From positions 47,353 to 111,352 of the forward strand of contig CAVXRG010000011.1 in the NCBI GenBank assembly GCA_963764195.1: a stretch of 64,000 nt of DNA, written 5' to 3'. How positions within the stretch are numbered: the stretch's first letter is position 1; the number at the start of each line of letters is the position of its first letter. Source of the stretch: an uncultured Actinomycetota bacterium. Its GTDB lineage: Bacteria > Actinomycetota > Actinomycetes > Actinomycetales > Dermatophilaceae. A program made the position numbers and the translations under genes. A model generated the notes under the pieces. It saw only the letters and a program-made list of their open reading frames with translations. It was not told the origin of the DNA and searched no databases. Shown here in pieces: positions 63,929 through 64,000 of this stretch.

Positions 63929-64000
63929 TCAGGACTTCTTCGAGGCCTCCCGCAGCTTCTCGAGCAGCGGCCCGGCCGCCTCGTCGAGGAAGGCCTGCTG
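63929..64000 (-). CDS. 3' end of an unidentified gene running off the right edge
   Basis: Own translation of the minus strand gives ...QQAFLDEAAGPLLEKLREASKKS, with the stop at 63931-63929. Too short to assign. Confidence 0.3.
   Translation of the reverse strand, partial: QQAFLDEAAGPLLEKLREASKKS

Overview
High-GC (about 70-73% by eye) actinobacterial chromosomal segment. The taxon call is inference only, based on an Lsr2-type DNA-binding domain, a DinB/DUF664 protein, an ACR3/ArsC/ArsR set and a 10-methyl fatty-acid gene pair. About 70 protein-coding genes are supportable. I saw no rRNA, tRNA, CRISPR array, integrase or transposase. Left to right: a SWIM-SNF2 helicase (runs off the left edge) preceded by an ERCC4 nuclease with an Lsr2-like tail; lipid genes (lipase-like hydrolase, acyl-ACP desaturase, idi); a LacI-controlled sugar ABC locus divergent from a glycogen-debranching-like enzyme; a second LacI-controlled ABC locus with a Tat-secreted (alpha/alpha)6 glucanase-like protein and a GH3 enzyme; an arsenic cluster (arsO-like, arsC, acr3, arsR); repair and stress genes (family-5 UDG, Pol IV, endonuclease IV, YCII plus ECF sigma, CsoR-family regulator, small alarmone synthetase); an FAD-oxidoreductase/CFA-synthase pair; a penicillin-acylase-family gene; and a DrrAB-like exporter. 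The supplied ORF track is dominated by long antisense shadow ORFs typical of high-GC DNA. It omits both edge-truncated genes and one 50-codon ORF. Many listed ORFs carry spurious N-terminal extensions, which I trimmed to the start that fits the conserved protein sequence. The items most worth follow-up are: (1) the ERCC4-nuclease/Lsr2-tail protein next to the SWIM-SNF2 helicase; (2) an orphan four-gene module (membrane protein, tandem Phd/YefM-like protein, 133-aa unknown, 2-TM peptide) directly upstream of dinB; (3) several intergenic repeat and palindrome structures; and (4) a frameshifted VOC gene. All family assignments come from motif recognition by eye, with no database search.
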